DNA from: a virus
DNA: 64,000 nucleotides
IMG/VR virus record: IMGVR_UViG_3300005466_000026
Span: 21,775 to 85,774 of that record
Reading direction: 5' to 3' (one strand)
This document shows positions 25,333 to 34,523 of this stretch, piece by piece (within the stretch, counting starts at the first letter, position 1; every line of letters begins with the position of its first letter). A program made the translations under genes and the position numbers. Under the pieces are notes generated by a model. The model was not told the origin of the DNA and searched no databases. It saw only the letters and a program-made list of their open reading frames with translations.

Positions 25333-25943
25333 CTTCGGTCCATTCTCAGGACGTGCCAGCCTGCCTCGAAGATCGGCACGTCACCCGTGATCTTGAAGCC
25401 GCCGCGACTGATCATGGCCAGGAACTTCTTCCTGTCGTGCTCTGCCGTGTTGCTCTTCAGCACGTACTTGTCGCCGAAGCGTATCGTGCAGATGATGGAC
25501 CTCTTCGCGAGCTTCATGAAGCCCCTCATGGCCGCCTGCATGGAGGGCTCGTCGATGAGGTCCAGGAACCGCACCGCCACGATCACGTCGGAGGGTGGCA
25601 AGCCCTCCAGCTTTCTGGCGTCGCCGACCTGCAGGACGTAGGACGGCGGCACCTTCTTGTTCTTCAGCTTCCCCTTAGCTATGGCGAGCATCTGCTCCGA
25701 GGAGTCTACGCCCGTAACGGTGGCCACGCTCAGCTGATGATACAGATAGAAGAACCTGCCGGTTCCCACCGGGCAATCGATCACGGTCTGCGGCCTCAGC
25801 TCGGTGAGCATGTCCTCGACCGCCGCGTTCTCCTCGCCCCATCGTATCTGCTTCTTGCGCTTGGCCTCGTAGCCGCTCGCCATCTTACCGCGATACTTTC
25901 TCGCGGTCCTGTCTCCCAGATTGAATGCCGCAGATGGTCTCAT
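25329..25943 (-). CDS. class I SAM-dependent methyltransferase
   Basis: VIDCPVGTGRF, VTGVDSSEQML, VGDA. Confidence 0.85.
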   Translation of the reverse strand: MRPSAAFNLGDRTARKYRGKMASGYEAKRKKQIRWGEENAAVEDMLTELRPQTVIDCPVGTGRFFYLYHQLSVATVTGVDSSEQMLAIAKGKLKNKKVPPSYVLQVGDARKLEGLPPSDVIVAVRFLDLIDEPSMQAAMRGFMKLAKRSIICTIRFGDKYVLKSNTAEHDRKKFLAMISRGGFKITGDVPIFEAGWHVLRMDRR

Positions 25944-26138
25944 CTATCTCCTCCCCTTGCTGTCGAAGACTACTCTTCCGGTTGATCTCTCGAAGCACGT
26001 GACCGCCGCGCTGCTGTTTCTAGCCATCGCGCCCACGAACTCCTTGCAGGCTTCCTTGCTGTCGAACTTGACCTGCTTCGGCTCCTCGCATCCGAGGAAG
26101 CTGCAGAACGTTATGAGTACGAAGAATGGACTTTCCAT
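25944..26138 (-). CDS. small Cys-containing hypothetical protein
   Basis: TAGGAG RBS; hydrophobic N-terminus; FDSKEAC...C. Confidence 0.55.
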   Translation of the reverse strand: MESPFFVLITFCSFLGCEEPKQVKFDSKEACKEFVGAMARNSSAAVTCFERSTGRVVFDSKGRR

Positions 26139-26917
26139 GTCACTTCTCCTAATTGCTGCTTCATCTTCATGCCTTTATTCCACGGTTCTCGTCCTTTCAT
26201 TGCGGCACTCATTTTTGCACGAGACTCAAGAGTGTGCTTCTTACCTTTTCTCTTCGACGGTTTTCCTTTCTGTGCTGCGCTCATCTTAGCTCGAGACTCA
26301 GCTGTATGTTTCCGACCTGCTATCCAGGGAATTTGACCCTTATGAACATCACTCATCTTTTTTCGGTGCTCAGGATTTTCCCACGCCTTCTTGATTAAAT
26401 CTTTCAATATGATTGAGCCTCTCTCACGATAATCAGGATCTTTCCATCTTTCTTTTGACTCTCTTCTCATTTTATTCGCTTGGCGCTCTCGATACTCTGG
26501 ATCTTTCCACTGCTCTTTTAATTGCCTTGTCATAGAAGCACTCCTACGCTCACGAAATTCAGAGGACTCCCATAGCTTCACGACTGCTAGTCTCATTGCT
26601 TCACGTGAAGCTTCTCTGGAGATAGCGTATTGCCAGCTAGAGCATGGTCTGCCTTGAGTCATTCTACTGAGTGCACTCACCATCTGATGATGTGCTCTGC
26701 CATCAAGAATAAATTTAGTCAAGAGCCAGTGTGCCAGAAAATGTTCTCGATAGGTCAGTGAGACCAAGTTCTCTGAGCTGTTATACCAGCTCGGATCTCC
26801 GCCGAAACTTCTAGGGTTTCGGTGATGTCTCTCGTAACGTACTCCTGGTTCGCGCTCGCGGCTCGCGGCGCGATCCATGATCTGCGTGTACCAGAGACGA
26901 TACTTCTCAGTGCTCAC
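26111..26917 (-). mobile_element. HNH homing endonuclease with NUMOD3 repeats
   Basis: YERHH.NPRSFGG....NLVSLTYREHFLAHWLL; repeats RKHTAESRAKMSAA and KKHTLESRAKMSAA; visibly AT-richer than flanks. Confidence 0.85.
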
Positions 26918-27789
26918 GCGAACACTCCTCTTGGTCTGCCCTCGCCGTTCCTGACTCTCTCGTACTTGTCGAACTCGCAGAGCGTGTGCTCGACGTCTCG
27001 CATCTCCCACTTGGGCCACTGCCTCGGCCAGTTGCCCGGACTGCAACTGGCCGCGAGGATCAGCTGCATCTCCTCCAGCATCTTGGGCACCCTGACGCTC
27101 TTATCCTTCTTGTTCCTGCCGTGTATCCGGTTCAGTCCGCGCCTCGCCCCCGGTCCCACGTTGCACCAGCTCATGATGTCGTTCGCGTCGCAGAGAAGGT
27201 TGGTGTGCCGCAGGTCCGTGACTATCTCGTACGAGTGAAATGTGCCGAGCCACGGCTGCATCTTGAACCAGAGCCAAGCCGTCTGCAGAGACATCTTCTC
27301 CTTAATCATCTGCTTGGCAGCGTCCCTCCATCCGCTCTCCTCTCTGAAGTTCTTCAGGATCTCCAGGATCCCGTCCAGCTTGGTGAAGCCGGGGGGAGAG
27401 GTTATGATGTACGCTCCGGTGACGTAGGGGCCGTCACCGCAGATCGCCTTGACGTCCTTCTTCATGCGTCGCAGGTCTCCGGTCTGCAGGAACACCGCGA
27501 AGGCGTTGTTCTTGTCGAAGTCCAGGTGATTGAAGATGGCCTCTCCCGTGCTGATCCTGTTGAACATGCGGAACACGACCGTGGCCAGTAGCACGTCCGG
27601 CGAGTCTCTCATCTCCTCCCTCACGTTGCGTCGGAACCAGTCAGTGGTCTTGTCCAGCTCCCGGAAGACGTTCGTGAACCTGTACTTCTGCAGGATCGGG
27701 TCCCTCGTCAGGGACGACTTCCCCTCCAGACGGTTCAGGTACACCTGATGTCGCTGCCTCGCGTAGTTGAAGAAGGACTGCATCGTCAT
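26914..27789 (-). CDS. aGPT-Pplase1 family protein (5-hmdU DNA kinase helical-domain family)
   Basis: TRDPILQKYRFTNVFRELDKTT, FRMFN, TGAYI, F.SYEIVTDL, GPGARRGL, DVEHTLCEFDKY. Confidence 0.9.
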   Translation of the reverse strand: MTMQSFFNYARQRHQVYLNRLEGKSSLTRDPILQKYRFTNVFRELDKTTDWFRRNVREEMRDSPDVLLATVVFRMFNRISTGEAIFNHLDFDKNNAFAVFLQTGDLRRMKKDVKAICGDGPYVTGAYIITSPPGFTKLDGILEILKNFREESGWRDAAKQMIKEKMSLQTAWLWFKMQPWLGTFHSYEIVTDLRHTNLLCDANDIMSWCNVGPGARRGLNRIHGRNKKDKSVRVPKMLEEMQLILAASCSPGNWPRQWPKWEMRDVEHTLCEFDKYERVRNGEGRPRGVFA

Positions 27790-28528
27790 GGCTCATCTCC
27801 AGTACATCTTTGAGTGGCTTAGAGTTCCAGAACTCGGCTACGTAGCGCTCCTCCTCGCCGAAGTCCTCCTGCCGCAGGATCCAGGACAGGTAGCTCCGGT
27901 CTATCTCCCTGACGTGCCTCCACTCCATGCCCTTGTACTTGCCGAAGCCGATGATCCTCTGCAGATACGGAGTGTTGGTCAGCTGCACCAGCTCGTCCGC
28001 CGTCTTGAGCGTGAGCATTCGCAGGACCAGCGTGGCGGTCGTCAGCGCGTCGGGCATCGCTCGGTGGGGAGGCCTGATGCAGTAGGGCACCGCGAGGTCC
28101 AGCCAGTATCGCAGCACCTGATTGGAGTGCCTCGGCGCGTCCGGCCACAGATGACGCGACGCCCTCCAGGTGCAGATCACCTTGACGCCCGGAGCCTCCT
28201 GCGTCAGCTTGTAGCCCGACTGCTCCAGCATCCGCAGATCGAAGTCCGCGTAGTGCATCGCCACGTACTGCGATGTCTTGATCTCCGTGAGGATGGACTT
28301 GTTGCGAGCCATCAGCTTGGCCATCGTGGGCGCGTGCTTCAGCTGATCGTCCGTGATGTGATGCACGGCTCTAGCTATCACGTTCATCGAACAGGTCGGC
28401 TTCACCAGCTGATCCCTTCCGAGTATCATCTGCTGAGTCTCTGCGTCGACGGTCGCCACGGCCAGCTCGCACACCTGATCCTGCTCGCTGTCTCCCGTGG
28501 TCTCCGTGTCGACTACCGCTATCCGCAT
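27641..28528 (-). CDS. DEDDh 3'-5' exonuclease (ExoX-like)
   Basis: VDTETTG, HYADFD, PHRAMPDA; C-terminal FGKYKG...YLSW. Confidence 0.9.
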   Translation of the reverse strand: MRIAVVDTETTGDSEQDQVCELAVATVDAETQQMILGRDQLVKPTCSMNVIARAVHHITDDQLKHAPTMAKLMARNKSILTEIKTSQYVAMHYADFDLRMLEQSGYKLTQEAPGVKVICTWRASRHLWPDAPRHSNQVLRYWLDLAVPYCIRPPHRAMPDALTTATLVLRMLTLKTADELVQLTNTPYLQRIIGFGKYKGMEWRHVREIDRSYLSWILRQEDFGEEERYVAEFWNSKPLKDVLEMSHDDAVLLQLREAATSGVPEPSGGEVVPDEGPDPAEVQVHERLPGAGQDH

Positions 28529-28673
28529 TCTTCATCTCCTCTGCGACGGATGAGAGCTGCGCTGACCACTTGGCCAGCGCAGCCCGACTCACTCCGCCGC
28601 GCTCCAGAGTGAGGGACAGCTGTCCCGCAACTCTGGCAACGTGACGGTGCCACTGCTGTATCTTCTCACGCAT
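28371..28673 (-). CDS. hypothetical protein
   Basis: Coupled start; frame runs into the exonuclease gene. Confidence 0.45.
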   Translation of the reverse strand: MREKIQQWHRHVARVAGQLSLTLERGGVSRAALAKWSAQLSSVAEEMKNADSGSRHGDHGRQRAGSGVRAGRGDRRRRDSADDTRKGSAGEADLFDERDS

Positions 28674-29001
28674 CGTCCATCTGCTTGACCAGCGACCGAC
28701 AGTACGCGTCGCAGATCATCTTCATCAGATTTCTGCGCGGAAGCGACAGATCCGACCACAAGCTCACCTCTACGGACACGTTACGCAGGAAGTCTCGCAC
28801 CTCGTCGGCAGGCTTGATCATCAGTCCCTTGGGATCTCGGGCATCCCATCCGCTGTCCAGCAGTGCGACCGCGACTTCGTCCACCGTCAGTTGACCGAGC
28901 ATCGTCTGTCTGATCTTGGCTCGGACGTCTCGGAAGCGGAACGCTGTTACGTTACCTGACTTTGACTTGCCCATCATCTTCTCTCCTATAGCCACTGACA
29001 A
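28666..29001 (-). CDS. hypothetical protein
   Basis: ORF in the operon; true start probably MMGKSK after TAGGAG. Confidence 0.55.
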   Translation of the reverse strand: MSVAIGEKMMGKSKSGNVTAFRFRDVRAKIRQTMLGQLTVDEVAVALLDSGWDARDPKGLMIKPADEVRDFLRNVSVEVSLWSDLSLPRRNLMKMICDAYCRSLVKQMDDA

Positions 29002-30503
29002 CGTCTAGCTGAGTCTCGCTGTGGCTCCACGATGGTCAGCTTCTCCCGAGCGCGAGTGGCGGCCACGTACCAGACGCGCATCTCGTCCTCGGGGTTCTTC
29101 TGCATCTCCGCGAACGTGCGGGACGCCATCTCCTTCAGCAGGATCACGTGGTCGGCCTCGCCGCCCTTCGCTCCGTGTATCGTGCTGAGCGTCACTCGCG
29201 GAACGGCGGAGAGCTTCTCGCCTCGCTGCCGCGCCGCGCGAATGTGGTTCTTGTCTCCGGCCGGGATGAGGTCCAGCGCCTCGTGCCACGGATCCTCCCT
29301 GAGAAGCCCGCCGCTCTTCCTGAGCCACTTGAGATCGACCACCGCGTCGTCCTCGGCCTTCGGCAGCGTCTTGAAGCCGCGCTTCACGCCGCGCTCCAGC
29401 GTCATCAGGCCGTAGATCCTGCGCACCGCCTCCACGTCCACCGTCTGTCCCTTGCGCAGCCGCTCCCAGTTCTGGATGGCGTCCAGAGTCTTTCTGCTGA
29501 TGGACCAGTGCTCGTGCGGCAGTCGGCGATAGACGATACCCTGCCGCTTGAGCGTCGGCTCTATCTGCTCGTTGAGAACGTATGCGTTTCGCGCGAGTAT
29601 CAGGATCTGCCCGCTGCCGCAGTCCACGCGGTCGAAGGACAGCGCTCGCTCGATCACGCCGTCTGCTCCTCGCCGCGGCGACCACGCCTTCTCTCGTCGA
29701 TGCTTCACCCTGGATATGATCTTGTTGGCCACCTCCTGCACGGTGATAGGCACGCGATAGCTCTGTCCCAGAACCTCCACGTCGCCCCTCATGTCTATGA
29801 GGTGATCGACGTCGGCGCCAGCCCACCGATAGATGGCCTGATCGTCGTCGCCGGCTACCGCCACTCTGTCGCATCCCTCCGCCAGACTCTCGACGACGCG
29901 CCACTGCAGATGGCTGAGATCCTGGCTCTCGTCTACGAACAGCTCCTTGAGATTAAGCCGGATGCCGCTGCGCACGAACTCCATCAGCATGTCCGTGAAG
30001 TCCATCAGGTGATAGGCCTCCTTGAACTCCTGCAGCTTCTTGCTGAACAGAAGCAGCTGAGACTTGTTCAAGTTGTCGTCGTCGATGTTGTGCAGCCTGT
30101 TCAGCGGGATCTCGCGGATGCGCGACAGGTTCTCCATGAACATGAGCCGGTCGCCCAGACTGTATCCGGTGTAGAGTCCGTCCTCTGACATCCCTCGGCC
30201 GGTGATCTCCACTCCGGCGTACTTGGCGAACTCCTGCATTCTCGCGCCAGCCAGAACGTCGCTGCGCTTCATGCCGAGCTGCTTGAAGCACATCGAGTGA
30301 AGCGTGCTGAAGAACGGGAAGTCCTTCCTCGTCAGGTTGAACTTCTTGCAGGCACGCTCCATCGCCTCGCTCGCGGCCTTGACCGTGAAGCTGAAGTATC
30401 CCAGACGATCTGGCGGCACGCCGCGAGCCAGCGCGTCCTCGACGAAGCTGATCAGCTTGGTGGTCTTGCCGGTTCCCGGTGGTCCCAGAACAATGTCTGT
30501 CAT
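28986..30503 (-). CDS. UvrD/Rep-like superfamily 1 helicase
   Basis: GPPGTGKT, FVDESQD, GDDDQAIY, QSYR, STIHGAKGGEAD, YVAATRA. Confidence 0.93.
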   Translation of the reverse strand: MTDIVLGPPGTGKTTKLISFVEDALARGVPPDRLGYFSFTVKAASEAMERACKKFNLTRKDFPFFSTLHSMCFKQLGMKRSDVLAGARMQEFAKYAGVEITGRGMSEDGLYTGYSLGDRLMFMENLSRIREIPLNRLHNIDDDNLNKSQLLLFSKKLQEFKEAYHLMDFTDMLMEFVRSGIRLNLKELFVDESQDLSHLQWRVVESLAEGCDRVAVAGDDDQAIYRWAGADVDHLIDMRGDVEVLGQSYRVPITVQEVANKIISRVKHRREKAWSPRRGADGVIERALSFDRVDCGSGQILILARNAYVLNEQIEPTLKRQGIVYRRLPHEHWSISRKTLDAIQNWERLRKGQTVDVEAVRRIYGLMTLERGVKRGFKTLPKAEDDAVVDLKWLRKSGGLLREDPWHEALDLIPAGDKNHIRAARQRGEKLSAVPRVTLSTIHGAKGGEADHVILLKEMASRTFAEMQKNPEDEMRVWYVAATRAREKLTIVEPQRDSARRCQWL

Positions 30504-30868
30504 GTGTTCAGCCCCAGATGTATCTTCTCTAGATTTCGCTTCGCGAAGTGCTCCGGACTCTTGGCCAGCACGCGACGAACCTCCGTCTCGAAGCACTCCT
30601 CGATCCTGTAGTTCAGCAGATGACACAGCACCGACAGCGTCACCAGACAGCCGCCGACCTCCTGCTTCGGACTGCCGGTCGGTCGCTCGTACACGGTCTT
30701 GATCACCAGATGAAGAGTCTTCTCGTCGACTCCGGCGCACTGGCACAGCTCCACCGCCTCCTCTGCGAAGCGAAGCGAGCGAACAGAAAGGTTGGTCATG
30801 TGCTGCTCGCCGAAGCAGCGAACACCCCACTCGTACGATATCCTCTGCAGCGCGTCCACTATGCTCAT
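30500..30868 (-). CDS. MazG-like NTP pyrophosphohydrolase
   Basis: W..RCFG...LRFAEEAVEL...QEVGG all-alpha NTP-PPase pattern. Confidence 0.6.
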   Translation of the reverse strand: MSIVDALQRISYEWGVRCFGEQHMTNLSVRSLRFAEEAVELCQCAGVDEKTLHLVIKTVYERPTGSPKQEVGGCLVTLSVLCHLLNYRIEECFETEVRRVLAKSPEHFAKRNLEKIHLGLNT

Positions 30869-31071
30869 GTTCTCATCCTTCCTGACTTGAAGCACTCCAG
30901 ACATCTGTGCTTCCACTGCTCCTCACCGAGTTCCTTGTAGAACGCCCATCCAGCGCCGCGAAGCTTCAGGATGGCCTCGTCGAACGTGCTGACTCCTGTG
31001 TCTAAGGAATCCGGACAAGTGTCGCAGTGAAACACTACGTGCTCCTTTACCTGATCTATCGTCACGATCAC
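30865..31071 (-). CDS. Zn-finger hypothetical protein
   Basis: CDTC...GW...HRCLEC; AGGAGG RBS. Confidence 0.6.
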   Translation of the reverse strand: MIVTIDQVKEHVVFHCDTCPDSLDTGVSTFDEAILKLRGAGWAFYKELGEEQWKHRCLECFKSGRMRT

Positions 31072-31074
31072 CTC

Positions 31075-31338
31075 CTACGGCCAGTTCTTGTGAACGCAGC
31101 GTCCGCAGCCGTCCTCGCGACTAACTATCTCCACCGAGTTGACGGCCTCGTAGTCGCAGAGATCTACGATTATTCTCTCCAGCTCCTCCGGCTCCAGCTT
31201 CGCGAATAGCTGCTGCATGGCCAAGTCCCTCAGTCCCTCGTTTGAGGTGTACGGCTGGTCGCCTCCAGACTGTCGCCAGATGCGACAGACGTAGTACGGC
31301 GTCTGCACTCGTATCATGTCCTCGAACAGCATCGTCAT
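31075..31338 (-). CDS. hypothetical protein
   Basis: 87 aa, coupled to primase. Confidence 0.55.
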   Translation of the reverse strand: MTMLFEDMIRVQTPYYVCRIWRQSGGDQPYTSNEGLRDLAMQQLFAKLEPEELERIIVDLCDYEAVNSVEIVSREDGCGRCVHKNWP

Positions 31339-32933
31339 ATGTCCTGCTCCTCCCTGTCTATCTTCGGTGCGGTCAGCTCCATCAGTCCCTCTATCTTATC
31401 CGACGGAACGTACCAAGTCCTGATCCCGCGCTCGTTGTTGATATTGATGAAGTGCGCTCCGCCGCCCATCGCTCTTATCTTGGTGAGTATCTGGCCGCGC
31501 TTCAGGTCTCGAACACCCTCCTGCTGCAGATACTTCTCGAACGCCTTGATAGTGAAGTAGTATCGCTGCTCCTTTATCGACTCCCACGGTCTGCCCTCCA
31601 TCAGGTCCTCTACCCGCTCCGCTCTGGCGCGGTTCGTGAGGAACTCCTCCAGATGCTCCTGAAACTTCCCCCCGGTTCCCGCGTCCGGGGGTGCCTCTAT
31701 GAGGACGAGGCGGTCCATCGCCTCGGACAGCACCGACAGCCAAGCGTCCTGCTTCATCGTCTTGAACGACTTGTTCACGCGGTTCATGCAGGCGCGATGG
31801 AAGCGCTGATACATCTGCAGGTCCTCGGTCGTGAGCTCGAGACGCTCCCCGAGGACGTCCGCGAACCATATCGGCGGGTCCGTGTCCAGCTTGCTGAGGC
31901 CGGTTATCACCGGGAACTCTCCGCCCTTGCCTATGCCGAACTTGCGCGTGCGACACAGCACGGAGTCGCAGAAGGAGCGCATCGGCTCCTCCTTGCAGGT
32001 GTACTCGTAGTCCTTCTTGCTGACGGACCTGATGATGCCGCTCACCTCGTCGGTGGGCAGCGGAGGCTTGAAGAACATCTGGTTCGCTCGCTCCAGCCGC
32101 GCCTTCCAGTTCTCCGGATCTGCTCGCTTGTAGTACAGCGCCATCATGAACAGAGTGCGCTTGCGACCGTCCTTCTGGATCCCGGCGGAGGTGAGATGCT
32201 GCAGGCACGGCGGTCCGTTGGCGAAGTCGTCCTGAGCCTCGTTCTTGCCGCTGGCCTTGCCCTTGCCGGTTCCGTTGTAGGTCTTTCGCCTGGAGCGGCA
32301 CAGCTCCGCGAACTCGGCGACGGTCGTCTGCTTCTTCTCCGCGAACGACACGAACTCGGCCATAGTCATCTCGGACCCGGTCTTCTTGAGGCCGTGCTGG
32401 TTCTGCAGCTTGCCTCCGAACGTGTCCCCGAAGTAGGGCATCACCATCCAGCTTCCGAGATCATTGCGCTCCACCAGGACGCGGGTCTGCTTGGGAAATA
32501 TCTCGCAGTCGGCCATGCCCAGAGAAGCCGCAGCGTCTCTCAGCACGCCCTGAACGTCCGCAGCAGGCTCCGGCTCCTTGAGAAACAGGAACAGATGCAG
32601 ACCACCGGACTTGGACCTGCAAGGAACGAGGGGATACTTGGCTGTCTCGACGCGCTTGATCATCTCTATCAGGTCCACGTCGTACTCGTCGAAGTCTATG
32701 CTGCCCCACGAGCAGGAGTTGTCCTCGCGTATCGGTATCACGCCGAGAGGCCGCTTGCCCGCGACGTGCTGCTCCCACAGCTCGGGAGTCACCGGCTGGC
32801 GGAGCGTCTTGGCCGTTCGCTTGATGTTCCACTTCAGCCCCTCTGGATCCTTCTCCGGGACGCCGTGCGTGCCAGACGCACCGGCGAACCCAGCGAACAG
32901 ATCCATCAGTCGCTGCGTCGCGTCTCTTGACAT
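31335..32933 (-). CDS. archaeo-eukaryotic-type primase (AEP) with C-terminal domain
   Basis: WEQHVAGK.PLG, WGSIDFD, SKSGGLHLFLF, EIFPKQ; PPCL and PPLP.DEV PriCT-like region. Confidence 0.85.
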   Translation of the reverse strand: MSRDATQRLMDLFAGFAGASGTHGVPEKDPEGLKWNIKRTAKTLRQPVTPELWEQHVAGKRPLGVIPIREDNSCSWGSIDFDEYDVDLIEMIKRVETAKYPLVPCRSKSGGLHLFLFLKEPEPAADVQGVLRDAAASLGMADCEIFPKQTRVLVERNDLGSWMVMPYFGDTFGGKLQNQHGLKKTGSEMTMAEFVSFAEKKQTTVAEFAELCRSRRKTYNGTGKGKASGKNEAQDDFANGPPCLQHLTSAGIQKDGRKRTLFMMALYYKRADPENWKARLERANQMFFKPPLPTDEVSGIIRSVSKKDYEYTCKEEPMRSFCDSVLCRTRKFGIGKGGEFPVITGLSKLDTDPPIWFADVLGERLELTTEDLQMYQRFHRACMNRVNKSFKTMKQDAWLSVLSEAMDRLVLIEAPPDAGTGGKFQEHLEEFLTNRARAERVEDLMEGRPWESIKEQRYYFTIKAFEKYLQQEGVRDLKRGQILTKIRAMGGGAHFININNERGIRTWYVPSDKIEGLMELTAPKIDREEQDI

Positions 32934-32954
32934 TGACCCTCCTAGAGAAGAAGA

Positions 32955-33062
32955 GAGTACGGCTCGGCCAGCGCAACCGACTTTCCCCGAAGCAGATCAC
33001 CTAGGAGGGGTGATGGCAGTGCCCGCTGATTTAAGGCTGCCGATCTGCTCCAGACCGTACTC
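32955..33062 (-). ncRNA. putative structured cis-regulatory RNA upstream of primase
   Basis: Nested stems GAGTACGG/CCGTACTC, AGCAGATC/GATCTGCT and GGCAG/CTGCC plus a small hairpin; G-U extensions favour the minus strand. Confidence 0.5.
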
Positions 33063-33070
33063 GGCCGGAA

Positions 33071-33904
33071 CTATGCTGCGTCGTCCACCTCACTGCCCGA
33101 CGCAGGGGCTCCGGAACCGTCAGTGTCCTCCATCTTGTCGCTGACCTTCTCGCCAGACGCGAACGCGTCGTGCAGGGCCTCGGCGAGCTTGATCTCTTCC
33201 ATTGTCTTGATCATGCCCTCCTTGGTGATCTCGAACTGATACCAGGAGTTCTCGCCGACAGTCCGCAGCTTGGTCTTCAAGCGCCAGTAGTACGCCCAGA
33301 TCGGCGCTTCCTTGCCGCTGGGAGTTCTGAGATTGCCTAGCGCCGTCATCCAGTTGCGGCCGACCATGTGTCCGCTGCCGCTCAGCGGGATAGTATACGG
33401 AAGTAGCTTGCCGTCCTTCTTGACGAAGCCAGAGAACTCCCTGGACTCGTTGACGGTGTTGCCGTTCGGCATCTTCCACGCCTTGCGAATGCGACCATCG
33501 TCGCCCTCCACGTCCTCCAGCGTAGCCGTAGCCGGTCGGTCGACGTGACGCGCGACGAAGCCGCCGCGATCAGGCATCCACTCGATCCAGCACTTGGTGA
33601 AGTAGCACGGCAGAAACTCCATGCCCTGATCACCGTCGATGAGGGACTCGGAGGCCTCAGCGTTGCGCAGCCAGATCGAGCCGCCCTCCGCTCCCTCCAC
33701 GTACTTGTCGTGTCCCTTCAGCGCGACCTTGCTGTTGGCCTGCAGCAGATAGACGAGAGGTACGACGTTGTCCTCCATCTTCCTGCTGACGCCCTCTCCG
33801 GCGCGCTGATCCAGCGCGTCGAGAACTCCTGCCTCAACTGGCAACTGATCCTTGACCTCAGTCAGTGCGGTCTTCTTTCCTTCGTCCTTATTTGGCTTTG
33901 CCAT
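33071..33904 (-). CDS. conserved replication protein, putative ssDNA-binding protein
   Basis: D.VVP.VYLLQANS motif, acidic C-terminus, position next to primase. Confidence 0.6.
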   Translation of the reverse strand: MAKPNKDEGKKTALTEVKDQLPVEAGVLDALDQRAGEGVSRKMEDNVVPLVYLLQANSKVALKGHDKYVEGAEGGSIWLRNAEASESLIDGDQGMEFLPCYFTKCWIEWMPDRGGFVARHVDRPATATLEDVEGDDGRIRKAWKMPNGNTVNESREFSGFVKKDGKLLPYTIPLSGSGHMVGRNWMTALGNLRTPSGKEAPIWAYYWRLKTKLRTVGENSWYQFEITKEGMIKTMEEIKLAEALHDAFASGEKVSDKMEDTDGSGAPASGSEVDDAA

Positions 33905-34523
33905 TCTTCACTTCCTCTTGTTTCTTGAGTTCTACTACTGGATAGACCGCTGCTCCCAAGAGATCCATGTCTGCAGGGGTCAGCGGCAGTCCGTCGGCGA
34001 ATCGCCGACGGATCTCGGCGGTGAGCGTGCTGGCGTGCACTCCCACCTTGACTTCATAGTCCTTGATCTTCTGCTTCTTCAGCAGCGCGGAGAACTTCTT
34101 GGCCAGCTTGTCCTGACCCTTGCCGAACTCCACCTTGAATGACGTCTTGGCCAGTCCGTGCAGCCATCTGAACTGCTTGAACGCCTTGGCGCGACGCTCG
34201 TCGTCCGGCAGCTTGGCCGAGTACAGCGTAACCAGCTTCGCGTCGTACGGCGGAAGATTGCCCTCCGCGCCTATGGACAGGCTCTTGACTCCCATGCTCT
34301 GAAACATGGACACCAGCTCACCGGAGATCCTGAAGCTGCCCACGATGCTGGATCGCTTGTCTCTCAGCTCCTGCAGCCGCTCCTCAACCCCCGCTATCTC
34401 CAGATCAAGACCGCGAACCTCGGCGATCTTGGTTCTCAGCTTCTTGAGACTGTCCTCGCTAACAGACCCGCCGCGCCTCTCGAGCGCGGCCTCGACGCCC
34501 GCGTCAATCTTCTGTGGCTTCAT
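33888..34523 (-). CDS. conserved phage replication-module protein
   Basis: N-terminal coiled coil; VHASTL.A motif; TAGGAGG RBS. Confidence 0.65.
   Translation of the reverse strand: MKPQKIDAGVEAALERRGGSVSEDSLKKLRTKIAEVRGLDLEIAGVEERLQELRDKRSSIVGSFRISGELVSMFQSMGVKSLSIGAEGNLPPYDAKLVTLYSAKLPDDERRAKAFKQFRWLHGLAKTSFKVEFGKGQDKLAKKFSALLKKQKIKDYEVKVGVHASTLTAEIRRRFADGLPLTPADMDLLGAAVYPVVELKKQEEVKNGKAK

Noticed and set aside
6583-28673. Stop-codon reassignment suggested by long gene overlaps (6583-6882, 9047-9787, 27641-28528, 28371-28673)
   Set aside because: All are the same frame offset, where stops are rare in GC3-rich DNA; conserved genes end normally with TAA, TAG and TGA.
32955-33062. Hammerhead ribozyme
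   Set aside because: A three-way junction and GAAA are present, but the CUGANGA core and the cleavage-site UH are not correctly placed.
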